A stretch of 64,000 bases of DNA from Klebsiella phage FKP3. Both the position numbers and the translations under genes were made by a program. Where the stretch lies: the sequence record PP895363.1, one strand, 5' to 3'. This document shows, piece after piece, positions 1 through 8,237 of this stretch. Under the pieces are notes generated by a model. That model did no database searches. It saw only the letters and a list, made by a program, of their open reading frames with translations, and was not told the DNA's origin. How positions within the stretch are numbered: the stretch's first letter is position 1; every line of letters begins with the position of its first letter.

Positions 1-147
1 TCTTACAACGAGCAAAATGTTAAGAGCATGGGCGTAGATGGCTTCCACTTCATGTTCAAAGAAGGTGAGAATGTCATCGAACTGGTTATTAAAACAAAAG
101 AGCAGAAAAGCTACACTGACTACGCTTTTCAGGGTCGTAGCTACTAA
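1..147 (+). CDS. 3' end of a CDS entering from upstream (C-terminal 48 aa, hypothetical)
   Basis: Open frame from position 1 to TAA at 145-147 (...TDYAFQGRSY*), followed by the GGGGCGAAAGCCCC hairpin and T-run terminator. Confidence 0.4.
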   Translation, partial: SYNEQNVKSMGVDGFHFMFKEGENVIELVIKTKEQKSYTDYAFQGRSY

Positions 148-164
148 GCTGAAGTAATTGACAA

Positions 165-190
165 GGGGCGAAAGCCCCTTTGTTGTTTGG
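165..190 (+). terminator. Rho-independent terminator-like hairpin GGGGCGAAAGCCCC plus T-rich tract (family A copy 1); TTGACA at 158-163 immediately upstream
   Basis: Perfect 5-bp GC stem with GAAA loop followed by tttgttgtttgg. Confidence 0.55.
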
Positions 191-197
191 AGGATTT

Positions 198-389
198 ATG
201 ATTCAATTTTATTTTTATAAAGACCAGATTGATAGCGCAAAAGGTTTGGTAGAAAGCAGTGATCGAGATACTCGTGAAATGCTTGGTACACTAGTAGAAA
301 TTCTACAAAGAAAGGAGTTGCTTTCTGATAGAGATATCGCTAATATTGTTGGTATTGAACCAGACGAATTAGAACGCTCACCTTTTTAA
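198..389 (+). CDS. hypothetical small protein (63 aa from ATG 198; ORF track uses TTG 180)
   Basis: ATG at 198 preceded by GGAGGA at 191-196; frame runs to stop at 389. Confidence 0.45.
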   Translation: MIQFYFYKDQIDSAKGLVESSDRDTREMLGTLVEILQRKELLSDRDIANIVGIEPDELERSPF

Positions 390-399
390 GGAGAAAACA

Positions 400-1005
400 A
401 TGCAACATAGACTGATCGCAAACCTACCACGAGCCAACGATGAACCTCTTGGTGTTCCTGTGGATAAAGTATGGAAAGCACATTTTCATCTTACATTAGC
501 AGACGTAAGTAGTGAGCAACTCACGGAAGCAGCAAAACTGATTGGTGCAAAATGTACTACAATTGATCTGCACCGTGATACACAATCACAGCGTGACCGT
601 ATGCTAACTAAGTACCAGGCAGGTATCGAAACAGGTCTTATGTTGGATTGTGTAGCAAAACTGCAAGCCGCTGGATTCAAAGTTGTACGCTATAAACTGG
701 AACAGATGTTCCGACACATTGCTTGTGTAATGTTCATGGATTTGAGCAAAGAGCATTATGGAGAAGTTCATATCAAGACACCTGCAAGTGCGCCGGAGAT
801 TGACACTGGCTTCTTCCGTGTATCTTCCAATGCCGAAGAGGTGGATTATCGCTTCTATAATGCTCGTCTATATTCCGCAGAAGATAAGTTGCGTTTCAAT
901 GAGGCGTATGGTATGCTTCTGGAAAGTGGAATTGAAATGAAAAGCTATCACGTAGAACAAGTGATAGTGGACAGCAACTTAAACCTTGACGCATGGTGGG
1001 CTTAA
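400..1005 (+). CDS. hypothetical protein, 201 aa (one HxTx motif, HLTL; possible 2H-phosphoesterase-like, very tentative)
   Basis: RBS AAGGAG 7 nt upstream of ATG 400; long ORF, no overlap with neighbours. Confidence 0.6.
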   Translation: MQHRLIANLPRANDEPLGVPVDKVWKAHFHLTLADVSSEQLTEAAKLIGAKCTTIDLHRDTQSQRDRMLTKYQAGIETGLMLDCVAKLQAAGFKVVRYKLEQMFRHIACVMFMDLSKEHYGEVHIKTPASAPEIDTGFFRVSSNAEEVDYRFYNARLYSAEDKLRFNEAYGMLLESGIEMKSYHVEQVIVDSNLNLDAWWA

Positions 1006-1006
1006 T

Positions 1007-1666
1007 ATGACAATCAAACACATCTCTTTTGACGTATGGAATACTTTGATTACTGCAAATCCTTGGTACAGTGAAATTCGTACTGAAATAATTGCAAAAT
1101 ATGCAAATGTAACTGATCGTGAAGCAGGTACAATGTATAGGAAAGTAAAGAAATATTTAGACCAAAACGCAGAAAAAGGTATTTGTAGTTCTACCTCTAC
1201 TGCTTGGCATGTTTTAGGTAAAACTTTAAACATGGAACTAAAAGCAATTGCTGAGATGCAATATATGTGTGAACAGGCTTTTATTGCTAATCCACCAGAT
1301 TTAAATGGAGACTTAATTGCTCAATTGATGTATCTGAGTTTTAACTATGAATTAAGTATTAAAAGCAATACTAACTTTATCTCAGGTAGAATCTTATCTC
1401 AGACTGTAGACTTTGATAGAATGCCTTGGTGGAGTTTTATGCATTTCTCGGACGAACATCTACTTTGTAAGCCTGACATTTTATTCTTTGCTAAAACTCT
1501 GCTTTCTAGTAAGCTATCTAGCCTAGCAAACTATGAAATTTTGCATATTGGAGACAGTGAAATTTATGATGGGAAGTGTGTTGATTTAGGGTTTAAGTTT
1601 TGTCATATTAAAAACCCACAAGACTTATTAGAGAAACTTGAAAAAGGAGAAATCATTAATGCGTAA
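1007..1666 (+). CDS. HAD-superfamily hydrolase-like protein (phosphatase fold)
   Basis: HAD motif III/IV-like KPDILFF...LHIGDSEIYD and N-terminal hhhhFDVWNTLI motif-I-like stretch; ATG 1007 (ORF track starts at TTG 986). Confidence 0.55.
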   Translation: MTIKHISFDVWNTLITANPWYSEIRTEIIAKYANVTDREAGTMYRKVKKYLDQNAEKGICSSTSTAWHVLGKTLNMELKAIAEMQYMCEQAFIANPPDLNGDLIAQLMYLSFNYELSIKSNTNFISGRILSQTVDFDRMPWWSFMHFSDEHLLCKPDILFFAKTLLSSKLSSLANYEILHIGDSEIYDGKCVDLGFKFCHIKNPQDLLEKLEKGEIINA

Positions 1667-2495
1667 TCAAACTCAACACTTTGCCCATACTTTCTCTACC
1701 TTAGAGAATGCCGGTTTCAATGTAGCAGATTATTCGCGGCTGAAATTCGGTAGTAATCAAGCAGCGAAGCGTATGGGGCGCATTCTTGCAGAAAGCTTCT
1801 TTAAAGCCCACTGGAGCCGTCTACTACATAACCAGTTTGTGGTAATACCTTCACCATATAACTACGTTAAAAACGCTGCTACGTTGCTCTCAGAGCATTT
1901 TGTAGATCATCTTAACCATTTGGTAGCTGTGAACAGTAATCATGGCAAAGCTGTGGAGTGGGATATCATTCATCGTAAGGTGAGTTATATCAATGATTAT
2001 GGCTTCCTCAGTAAGGAAGACCGCAAAGCCCTGATTGACGGGGATACTTTCTCGATCAACAAAGATTTCTGGGGAAACAAAAACCTGATCTTCATCGATG
2101 ATGTGAATATTACGGGAACACACGAAGATAAACTTATTGAAATTCTCAATGAAGAAGGAATTACTAATGACACATTCTTCCTCTACTTCGCCAAGTATAA
2201 TGGTACTGAGGCCAACACAGAAGCGGCACTGAATTTCAGTGACATTAACACTATTTCTGCTTTCGTGCAGATGATTAAAGATGAGCCTGATGCTGAGTGT
2301 TTGGTTCGTCCAATCAAATACCTAATGAGCCAGCCAGAAGTGACCTTTAAGGTAGCACTGAGCCAACTTCCACTCTCTTACGTTGAAGCGTTATATTTTG
2401 GTTGTTTGGCTGAGGGTTATAACGGTATCGGGAAGTATGAAGAGAATTTTGAATTCCTAAAACATTTCTTTGAAAGCAACATCTTGAATAAGTAA
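1659..2495 (+). CDS. phosphoribosyltransferase (type I PRTase) domain protein
   Basis: PRPP-binding loop NLIFIDDVNITGTHEDK; ATG 1659 with RBS AAAGGAG (track begins at TTG 1638). Confidence 0.7.
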   Translation: MRNQTQHFAHTFSTLENAGFNVADYSRLKFGSNQAAKRMGRILAESFFKAHWSRLLHNQFVVIPSPYNYVKNAATLLSEHFVDHLNHLVAVNSNHGKAVEWDIIHRKVSYINDYGFLSKEDRKALIDGDTFSINKDFWGNKNLIFIDDVNITGTHEDKLIEILNEEGITNDTFFLYFAKYNGTEANTEAALNFSDINTISAFVQMIKDEPDAECLVRPIKYLMSQPEVTFKVALSQLPLSYVEALYFGCLAEGYNGIGKYEENFEFLKHFFESNILNK

Positions 2496-2515
2496 GGAGA
2501 GGTAACGAAAATTAA

Positions 2516-3169
2516 ATGATAAAGGTACATGGCGTAGGTGTTAATGATAGTTTAACGCCTGTCACTAAGAATGCATTTATAGCAGGTAAGTGGAAGCAGG
2601 TGTGGGCTTGCCCCTACTATATGCGATGGAAAGATTTATTACGTAGATGTTATAGTTTACCCGATAATCATAAACATTTTATGGTTTATAAGGACTGCTC
2701 TGTAACACAAGAGTGGCTTATTTTCTCTAATTTCAAGGCTTGGATGAGTGACAAGGATTTAACATTATGCTTAGATAAAGATATTCTTGTGCTAGGAAAT
2801 AAAATTTACTCCCCTACGACTTGTGTTATGATCCCCAATTACGTAAACTGTTTATTAACAGACAGTAGAAAACGTCGTGGCACTTATCCGTTAGGTGTAT
2901 CTTTAAAAAAGAAAAAGAAATCTACAAATACTGACAGGTATCAAGCATATTGCCATACATTAGATAAAGTGGTATACTTGGGCTACCATGATTCTCCTAT
3001 AGAAGCTCATAAAGCTTGGCAAAAACAAAAGATTCTCTCAATAGAGAAGACTATAGAGCAATATGAAAAAGAATCTTATTGTGATAGTAGAGTTGTTGCG
3101 GCATTACAAAGAAGAATTGAAATATTAAACAATGATATTTTGAATGGAAATGAGACAATTAGGATTTAG
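2516..3169 (+). CDS. AP2-domain DNA-binding protein, homing-endonuclease-like
   Basis: C-terminal AP2-like block YQAYCHTLDKVVYLGYHDSPIEAHKAW; RBS AAGGAGAGG upstream; free-standing between metabolic genes. Confidence 0.55.
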   Translation: MIKVHGVGVNDSLTPVTKNAFIAGKWKQVWACPYYMRWKDLLRRCYSLPDNHKHFMVYKDCSVTQEWLIFSNFKAWMSDKDLTLCLDKDILVLGNKIYSPTTCVMIPNYVNCLLTDSRKRRGTYPLGVSLKKKKKSTNTDRYQAYCHTLDKVVYLGYHDSPIEAHKAWQKQKILSIEKTIEQYEKESYCDSRVVAALQRRIEILNNDILNGNETIRI

Positions 3170-3177
3170 GAGGTAGT

Positions 3178-3651
3178 GTGATAAAATACAAAATAGGTGA
3201 CCTATTGTTGGCACATGAGAAAGGGGAAGTGGACACTATAGCACACTGCGCCAACTGCTTTTGTACCTTCGGTGCTGGCATTGCACCAAAAATTAAAGCC
3301 AAATGGCCTGAAGTGTATGCCGCTGATTGTGCAACACAAAAGGGTGATCGCAAGAAACTGGGAACCTTTACTAAAGCTGTCGTGGAAGATGGGGAGTTTA
3401 CTATCTATAACTTATACGGACAGTATGGTTATAGTAAACGTGACTCTGGTATTCGTGACTTAGACTATGACGCTATCTTTGATGCATTGGACGCAATGGG
3501 TGATGATGTAATTGCATGTGGTGGGAAGACAGTAGGACTTCCTCTCATTGGTTGTGGATTAGCTGGCGGAAAGTGGTCTGTAGTTGAAGCTATGATTCAG
3601 GAGACACTCGTCGCCAAAGGTCTAGAAGTTACTATTTTTAAATTAAATTAG
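3178..3651 (+). CDS. macro domain protein (ADP-ribose binding/processing)
   Basis: Macro motifs HCANCFCTFGAGIAPKI (cf. VNAAN..GGGV..AI) and GGKTVGLPLIGCGLAGG; GTG start 5 nt after GGAGG. Confidence 0.7.
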   Translation: MIKYKIGDLLLAHEKGEVDTIAHCANCFCTFGAGIAPKIKAKWPEVYAADCATQKGDRKKLGTFTKAVVEDGEFTIYNLYGQYGYSKRDSGIRDLDYDAIFDALDAMGDDVIACGGKTVGLPLIGCGLAGGKWSVVEAMIQETLVAKGLEVTIFKLN

Positions 3652-3659
3652 GAGAAATT

Positions 3660-3878
3660 ATGGAAATTATTGCTGGGGTTGTAATGTTCTTAGCTATGGT
3701 GGTAGTAGCGTTCTTAATCTGCCTGATACCAACGTGGCTGGTGATGTTGGCGTACAACTATGTTGTCTCGCTCATGGGACATGTTAATTGGGAAGTTCCT
3801 GTAACGTTTTGGAGTGTGGTGTGTGTAGCAGTGATCTTTATCTCTCTTCGCCATATATTTGGAGGAACTCGTAAATGA
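3660..3878 (+). CDS. small hydrophobic membrane protein (2 predicted TM helices)
   Basis: 72-aa ORF, RBS AGGAGAAATT upstream, hydrophobic composition. Confidence 0.5.
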   Translation: MEIIAGVVMFLAMVVVAFLICLIPTWLVMLAYNYVVSLMGHVNWEVPVTFWSVVCVAVIFISLRHIFGGTRK

Positions 3879-4117
3879 AACATATTAAAATCCGTGTTTT
3901 AAAAAGAAATTATGCATCTTTTCGAGATGTTACTGTAGGGAAAGTGTATGCAGCCTTCGTCTTAGACCCTTATGAAAATGTTCCTGAAGCTTATTGGGGT
4001 TATCCTGGGCAAAGAAACGATGATACGGCATCTCTGTGTTTTCGAGATGATGAGGAATATCCTTGTGCGTGTGGATACGATGCCACTGTAAACGAATGTT
4101 TTGAAATAGTAGAATAA
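3875..4117 (+). CDS. hypothetical protein, 80 aa
   Basis: ATGA start/stop overlap with upstream gene; ORF. Confidence 0.5.
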   Translation: MKHIKIRVLKRNYASFRDVTVGKVYAAFVLDPYENVPEAYWGYPGQRNDDTASLCFRDDEEYPCACGYDATVNECFEIVE

Positions 4118-4121
4118 AAGC

Positions 4122-4149
4122 TTGCATTTTATAAAAAAGAGCGTATAGT
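4122..4149 (+). promoter_or_regulatory. sigma70-like promoter TTGCAT-16-TATAGT upstream of the terC-like gene
   Basis: -35 TTGCAT 4122-4127, 16-nt spacer, -10 TATAGT 4144-4149; followed by 5'UTR hairpin 4162-4180 then RBS. Confidence 0.55.
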
Positions 4150-4161
4150 TAGTTGCATAGA

Positions 4162-4180
4162 GGGAGAGACTGTCTCTCCC
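4162..4180 (+). promoter_or_regulatory. 5'UTR stem-loop GGGAGAGA-CTGT-CTCTCCC between promoter and terC RBS (hairpin family B)
   Basis: Perfect 8-bp inverted repeat immediately before AAAGGAGAAAATATG. Confidence 0.5.
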
Positions 4181-4198
4181 TTCAATAAAGGAGAAAAT

Positions 4199-5251
4199 AT
4201 GAATACTTTCAGCAAATTTTATAAGTGGCCTTCCATCTTTTTTGGAATAGCTTTGATTGCAGGTGCATGGATCGGATATGCAGAAGCGGGGATTACTGGT
4301 TTGATTAACGGGATGGTAGCAGTTGGTATTCTGTGTATTCTTGAAATCTCCCTGTCGTTTGATAACGCTGTACTTAATGCAAAGAAACTCCAAGATATGG
4401 AGCCTAAATGGCGAGACTGGTTTGTTAAGTGGGGTATGCTCATTGCAGTATTTGGTATGCGCTTAGTGTTGCCTATCCTTATTGTGTCTGTTCTAGGCGG
4501 GATGACACCGTGGAAAGCAGTGGATTTAGGTTTACATAATCCGGCAGAATACGCTTCTGTTCTACAAAGTAGTCATCATATTGTAGCAAGTTTCGGTGGT
4601 GCGTTCCTGATGATGGTTGCTCTTGAGTTCTTTTTAGACCATGAGAAAGACAACCACTGGTTCAAATGGATTGAATATCCAATCTCCCACATCGGTAAGA
4701 TTGGTATTGCAGCCGAAGCGGGTATTACAGCAGTTCTGATTCTTCTTGCAAGTCTGGGTGCGCATGACCACGAACGTGTAGTGTTCTGGATCTCTGGTGC
4801 AGCAGGTATTGGTTTGTTCGTAGCAATCCACTTCCTGAAAGAATACCTGGAGTCACATGATGAGAAAGCCTCTGCGGCAGCAGGTGCGGTAGTGAAGTCT
4901 GGTTTAGCTGGTGTGCTCTACCTTGAAGTTCTGGATGCATCCATGTCCTTCGACGGTCTGATTGCAGCATTCGCTATCACTCAATACTTCATCGTGATTA
5001 TGCTTGGTCTGGGCGTTGGTGCGTTCTTTGTGCGAGAAATGACTCTTCATGTTCTGGATTCAGGACATCTGGCAGAGTTCCGCTACTTGGAACACGGTGC
5101 GTTTTACGCAATCTTTGCCCTGGCAAGCATTATGCTCCTAAACTTCTTCTTTGAAGTTCCAGAGGTGGTAACTGGTTTGATGGGTGTAGCATTCTTAGGC
5201 TCTGCGGTGTATCACAGCCACATCCTGAATAAACGTGAAGCGACAGCTTAA
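4199..5251 (+). CDS. terC: TerC-family integral membrane protein
   Basis: Repeated TerC signatures EISLSFDNAVL and EVLDASMSFDGLIAAF, multiple TM segments, 350 aa. Confidence 0.75.
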   Translation: MNTFSKFYKWPSIFFGIALIAGAWIGYAEAGITGLINGMVAVGILCILEISLSFDNAVLNAKKLQDMEPKWRDWFVKWGMLIAVFGMRLVLPILIVSVLGGMTPWKAVDLGLHNPAEYASVLQSSHHIVASFGGAFLMMVALEFFLDHEKDNHWFKWIEYPISHIGKIGIAAEAGITAVLILLASLGAHDHERVVFWISGAAGIGLFVAIHFLKEYLESHDEKASAAAGAVVKSGLAGVLYLEVLDASMSFDGLIAAFAITQYFIVIMLGLGVGAFFVREMTLHVLDSGHLAEFRYLEHGAFYAIFALASIMLLNFFFEVPEVVTGLMGVAFLGSAVYHSHILNKREATA

Positions 5252-5258
5252 TCAAAAG

Positions 5259-5282
5259 AGCCTCCTTCGGGAGGCTTTCTAT
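5259..5282 (+). terminator. Rho-independent terminator AGCCTCC-TTCG-GGAGGCT + TTT
   Basis: 7-bp stem, TTCG loop, T tract directly after terC stop. Confidence 0.6.
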
Positions 5283-5293
5283 AGGAGAGAAAC

Positions 5294-5473
5294 ATGTATA
5301 CTTTGATTCTGATTTGGAGCATTGCAGCCAACTCAAACGGAGGTACGGAACATTTAACTGTCCCACACCTCACTTACCAAGAGTGTACGCAGCAAATTCG
5401 TAATTTTGAGGCAGGTAATGATAATCTATATCTGCGCTATAGTCAGTGCATTAATGAAGGAGCACAGCAGTGA
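5294..5473 (+). CDS. hypothetical small protein, 59 aa (not in ORF track)
   Basis: ATG 5294 preceded by AGGAGAGAAAC; MYTLILIWSIAANSNGG... Confidence 0.45.
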   Translation: MYTLILIWSIAANSNGGTEHLTVPHLTYQECTQQIRNFEAGNDNLYLRYSQCINEGAQQ

Positions 5474-5676
5474 AAATCCTGAAAGCAGTGTGGTTTGTGT
5501 TCGAAAGTATTTGTTTCGGTGTAGGTTTATTTATTTTAATTGTAGCATTGACAGCGGTAGTAAGTGGTGGTAGTATTAGCATCAGTAAAGACGAGAAGCC
5601 AGTTTTTTGCTACTCGTTAGATAACAATCAATGTATTAACACTTTAAGCGAGGAAACAAAACATGAACAAAACTAA
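5470..5676 (+). CDS. small membrane protein, 68 aa
   Basis: GTG start overlapping previous stop, RBS AAGGAG; hydrophobic N-terminus. Confidence 0.5.
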   Translation: MKILKAVWFVFESICFGVGLFILIVALTAVVSGGSISISKDEKPVFCYSLDNNQCINTLSEETKHEQN

Positions 5677-6226
5677 ACTGGTGATCGGTGCAATCATTAT
5701 CGGCCTAGGTGTTACAATGCTGAGCGCATGTGATGACGATGTTCCAGCACAAACCCAATACATCCCTGCGCCGCAGCAACAACAAGTGGATGAGCAGTAT
5801 GTTAACCAACAACCTCCACAAGTGATTCAGTCTGCTCCTGCGCCTGTTATCGTGCAGAGTGGCAGTCATGATTCCGGTGTTGGAGACTTTGCAACAGGTA
5901 TGATTTTAGGTCACATGATGTCTGGTGGTGGTAACAATGGCGGTGGTTATAGCAATAACTCTAGCCGTACCACGATCATCAATAACAACACTGTGGCTCA
6001 ACCACGCAGTAGCTACTCCTCAAATAGCCGTAGCTCTTATTCAACAAATAAGCAGGTGTATCAAAGCCAACCACGTTCAACGAGCACCCAAACGTATTCA
6101 CGTCCTACTATGAATACTAACAGTAGTTATACTACTAAAAAATCCTACTCTAGCCCACTAAGTTCTTCTCGTAGCTACAGTAGTTCTTCTAGCCGTAAAA
6201 GTTATAGCTCTAGTCGTCGTCGCTAA
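5663..6226 (+). CDS. predicted lipoprotein, Ser/Tyr/Asn-rich low-complexity C-terminus
   Basis: Signal peptide with lipobox LSAC (MNKTKLVIGAIIIGLGVTMLSAC), 187 aa. Confidence 0.6.
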   Translation: MNKTKLVIGAIIIGLGVTMLSACDDDVPAQTQYIPAPQQQQVDEQYVNQQPPQVIQSAPAPVIVQSGSHDSGVGDFATGMILGHMMSGGGNNGGGYSNNSSRTTIINNNTVAQPRSSYSSNSRSSYSTNKQVYQSQPRSTSTQTYSRPTMNTNSSYTTKKSYSSPLSSSRSYSSSSSRKSYSSSRRR

Positions 6227-6238
6227 TAAGGAGGAAAC

Positions 6239-6478
6239 ATGTTTAATAATGCAAAGAAAGGTGATATCGCGGTAATGGTAGATACGGACTTTTCAGCACA
6301 CGGAGATAAAGATCAACTGGAGATTGTCCTAGTTGACGAAGAGGGTATCTACGTCTACGATCCGAATGACAGACTCCTTTTCGAACATGCCAGTGGTGTT
6401 GAATACAGCTTCTGTATTGACTTCAACGGTAAGTTGGCAGGACGTGAGCCAGCAATTAAAGAAATCATTCCGCAGTAA
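6239..6478 (+). CDS. hypothetical protein, 79 aa; its 3' end contains the left boundary of the 1000-bp duplication
   Basis: RBS AAGGAGGAAAC before ATG 6239. Confidence 0.5.
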   Translation: MFNNAKKGDIAVMVDTDFSAHGDKDQLEIVLVDEEGIYVYDPNDRLLFEHASGVEYSFCIDFNGKLAGREPAIKEIIPQ

Positions 6479-6548
6479 GGTTGACTTTTGCTTAGGGATA
6501 CTTCATAGTGTCCCTTGTCAAGAGAAATAAATAAATGAAGGAGAAAGT

Positions 6549-7227
6549 ATGAAACTTATTTTAGGTCGTGTGTACAATCTGAGCGGTTCCAGTTTTTCTA
6601 CACAAGTTTTAGAAGATAATAATAATCTGTTCTGGCTGGATCACATTGATCAGAGGATGAACGAGTGGCGTTTTAAAGGTTTGACTACAGGGGATTTTCA
6701 GTGGTCAAGCGCGGCTATGATCCGTGCTGGTGAAGCAGAAATTTTCTTGGTAGATGATAAACCGAAACGTGGTAAGCGTAAGAAAGGCCCATCTCGTAAA
6801 GCACCAAGTGTGAATAAGGCGACTATTCTGTTCATGAGCGGGGAAACCTACACTGTAAAAGGCTTTGTGTCCCTTGAAGCCACTGCTGAAAAAACTGTGT
6901 TTATTATGGAAGACACTTGGAAGGATACAGTAAATAGCCGTAATGGCGACTATTCTGTTCATGAGCGGGGAAACCTACACTGTAAAAGGCTTTGTGTCCC
7001 TTGAAGCCACTGCTGAAAAAACTGTGTTTATTATGGAAGACACTTGGAAGGATACAGTAAATAGCCGTAATGCAATCACTGTGTACAATGAGGATATTGC
7101 GCAGATAGATGTTCGTGGAATTAAGCATCAAGTGGTATTAGATATGGCTTTGAAAGATGAAGGCACGTTAGTGCTTCATTCTAAAGATATGCTAATATTT
7201 TTATCAGATCTAACTATTGCGGAATAA
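6549..7227 (+). pseudogene. hypothetical gene disrupted by the internal 127-bp duplication (track ORFs 6549-7004 and 6943-7227 are its two halves)
   Basis: Deleting one 127-bp unit restores a single ORF MKLILGRVYN...NSRNAITVYNEDIAQ...LTIAE. Confidence 0.6.
6819..7072 (+). repeat. nested 127-bp tandem duplication (6819-6945 = 6946-7072) inside repeat copy 1
   Basis: Two identical 127-nt units head to tail; 127 is not a multiple of 3, so the host ORF is frameshifted. Confidence 0.9.
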
Positions 7228-7237
7228 ATAACAAAAG

Positions 7238-7459
7238 ATGCATAGTACAAGAGATATTCTAAATTTATGGAAAACTACATTATGTAAATTTAAAGAAGAC
7301 TTTCCTGAATACGATGCCCTGCTAAAGGCCAACGGATGGCGAGCAGGTGTTAGAGAAAAAAGAAATAAATCTTTTGGTTGGGCAGATAATAGAAGTAAGT
7401 TAGTTATTATCAATTGGCATCTGCATAAAAACTCGGAAGAGCATAGAGCCAGCAATTAA
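7238..7459 (+). pseudogene. 5' fragment of SprT-like gene truncated at the duplication junction
   Basis: Identical to the first 208 nt of 8238-8816, then diverges at 7446 and stops. Confidence 0.6.
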
Positions 7460-7548
7460 AGAAATCATTCCGCAGTAAGGTTGACTTTTGCTTAGGGATA
7501 CTTCATAGTGTCCCTTGTCAAGAGAAATAAATAAATGAAGGAGAAAGT

Positions 7549-8227
7549 ATGAAACTTATTTTAGGTCGTGTGTACAATCTGAGCGGTTCCAGTTTTTCTA
7601 CACAAGTTTTAGAAGATAATAATAATCTGTTCTGGCTGGATCACATTGATCAGAGGATGAACGAGTGGCGTTTTAAAGGTTTGACTACAGGGGATTTTCA
7701 GTGGTCAAGCGCGGCTATGATCCGTGCTGGTGAAGCAGAAATTTTCTTGGTAGATGATAAACCGAAACGTGGTAAGCGTAAGAAAGGCCCATCTCGTAAA
7801 GCACCAAGTGTGAATAAGGCGACTATTCTGTTCATGAGCGGGGAAACCTACACTGTAAAAGGCTTTGTGTCCCTTGAAGCCACTGCTGAAAAAACTGTGT
7901 TTATTATGGAAGACACTTGGAAGGATACAGTAAATAGCCGTAATGGCGACTATTCTGTTCATGAGCGGGGAAACCTACACTGTAAAAGGCTTTGTGTCCC
8001 TTGAAGCCACTGCTGAAAAAACTGTGTTTATTATGGAAGACACTTGGAAGGATACAGTAAATAGCCGTAATGCAATCACTGTGTACAATGAGGATATTGC
8101 GCAGATAGATGTTCGTGGAATTAAGCATCAAGTGGTATTAGATATGGCTTTGAAAGATGAAGGCACGTTAGTGCTTCATTCTAAAGATATGCTAATATTT
8201 TTATCAGATCTAACTATTGCGGAATAA
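7549..8227 (+). pseudogene. second copy of the same disrupted gene (within duplicate 2)
   Basis: Identical to 6549-7227. Confidence 0.6.
7819..8072 (+). repeat. same nested 127-bp tandem duplication inside repeat copy 2
   Basis: 7819-7945 = 7946-8072, identical to the copy-1 arrangement. Confidence 0.9.
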
Positions 8228-8237
8228 ATAACAAAAG

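Larger units (their letters stand above)
6446..7445 (+). repeat. 1000-bp direct tandem repeat, copy 1
   Basis: 6446-7445 is base-for-base identical to 7446-8445 (checked line by line). Confidence 0.95.

Noticed and set aside
180-197. TTG start at 180 for the first small gene, and other TTG/GTG track starts (986, 1638, 10127)
   Set aside because: Downstream ATGs with proper SD spacing (198, 1007, 1659, 10133) are more plausible. The differences are small and flagged in the evidence.
400-440. N-terminus MQHRLIANLPRA of ORF 400-1005 resembles the PolA motif MKHRLVANIPRV in the DNA polymerase (about 20437-20472)
   Set aside because: Only 12 residues match. The DNA is diverged, and the rest of the 201-aa protein shows no polymerase features. 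Treated as chance or a convergent short motif, not a polymerase fragment.
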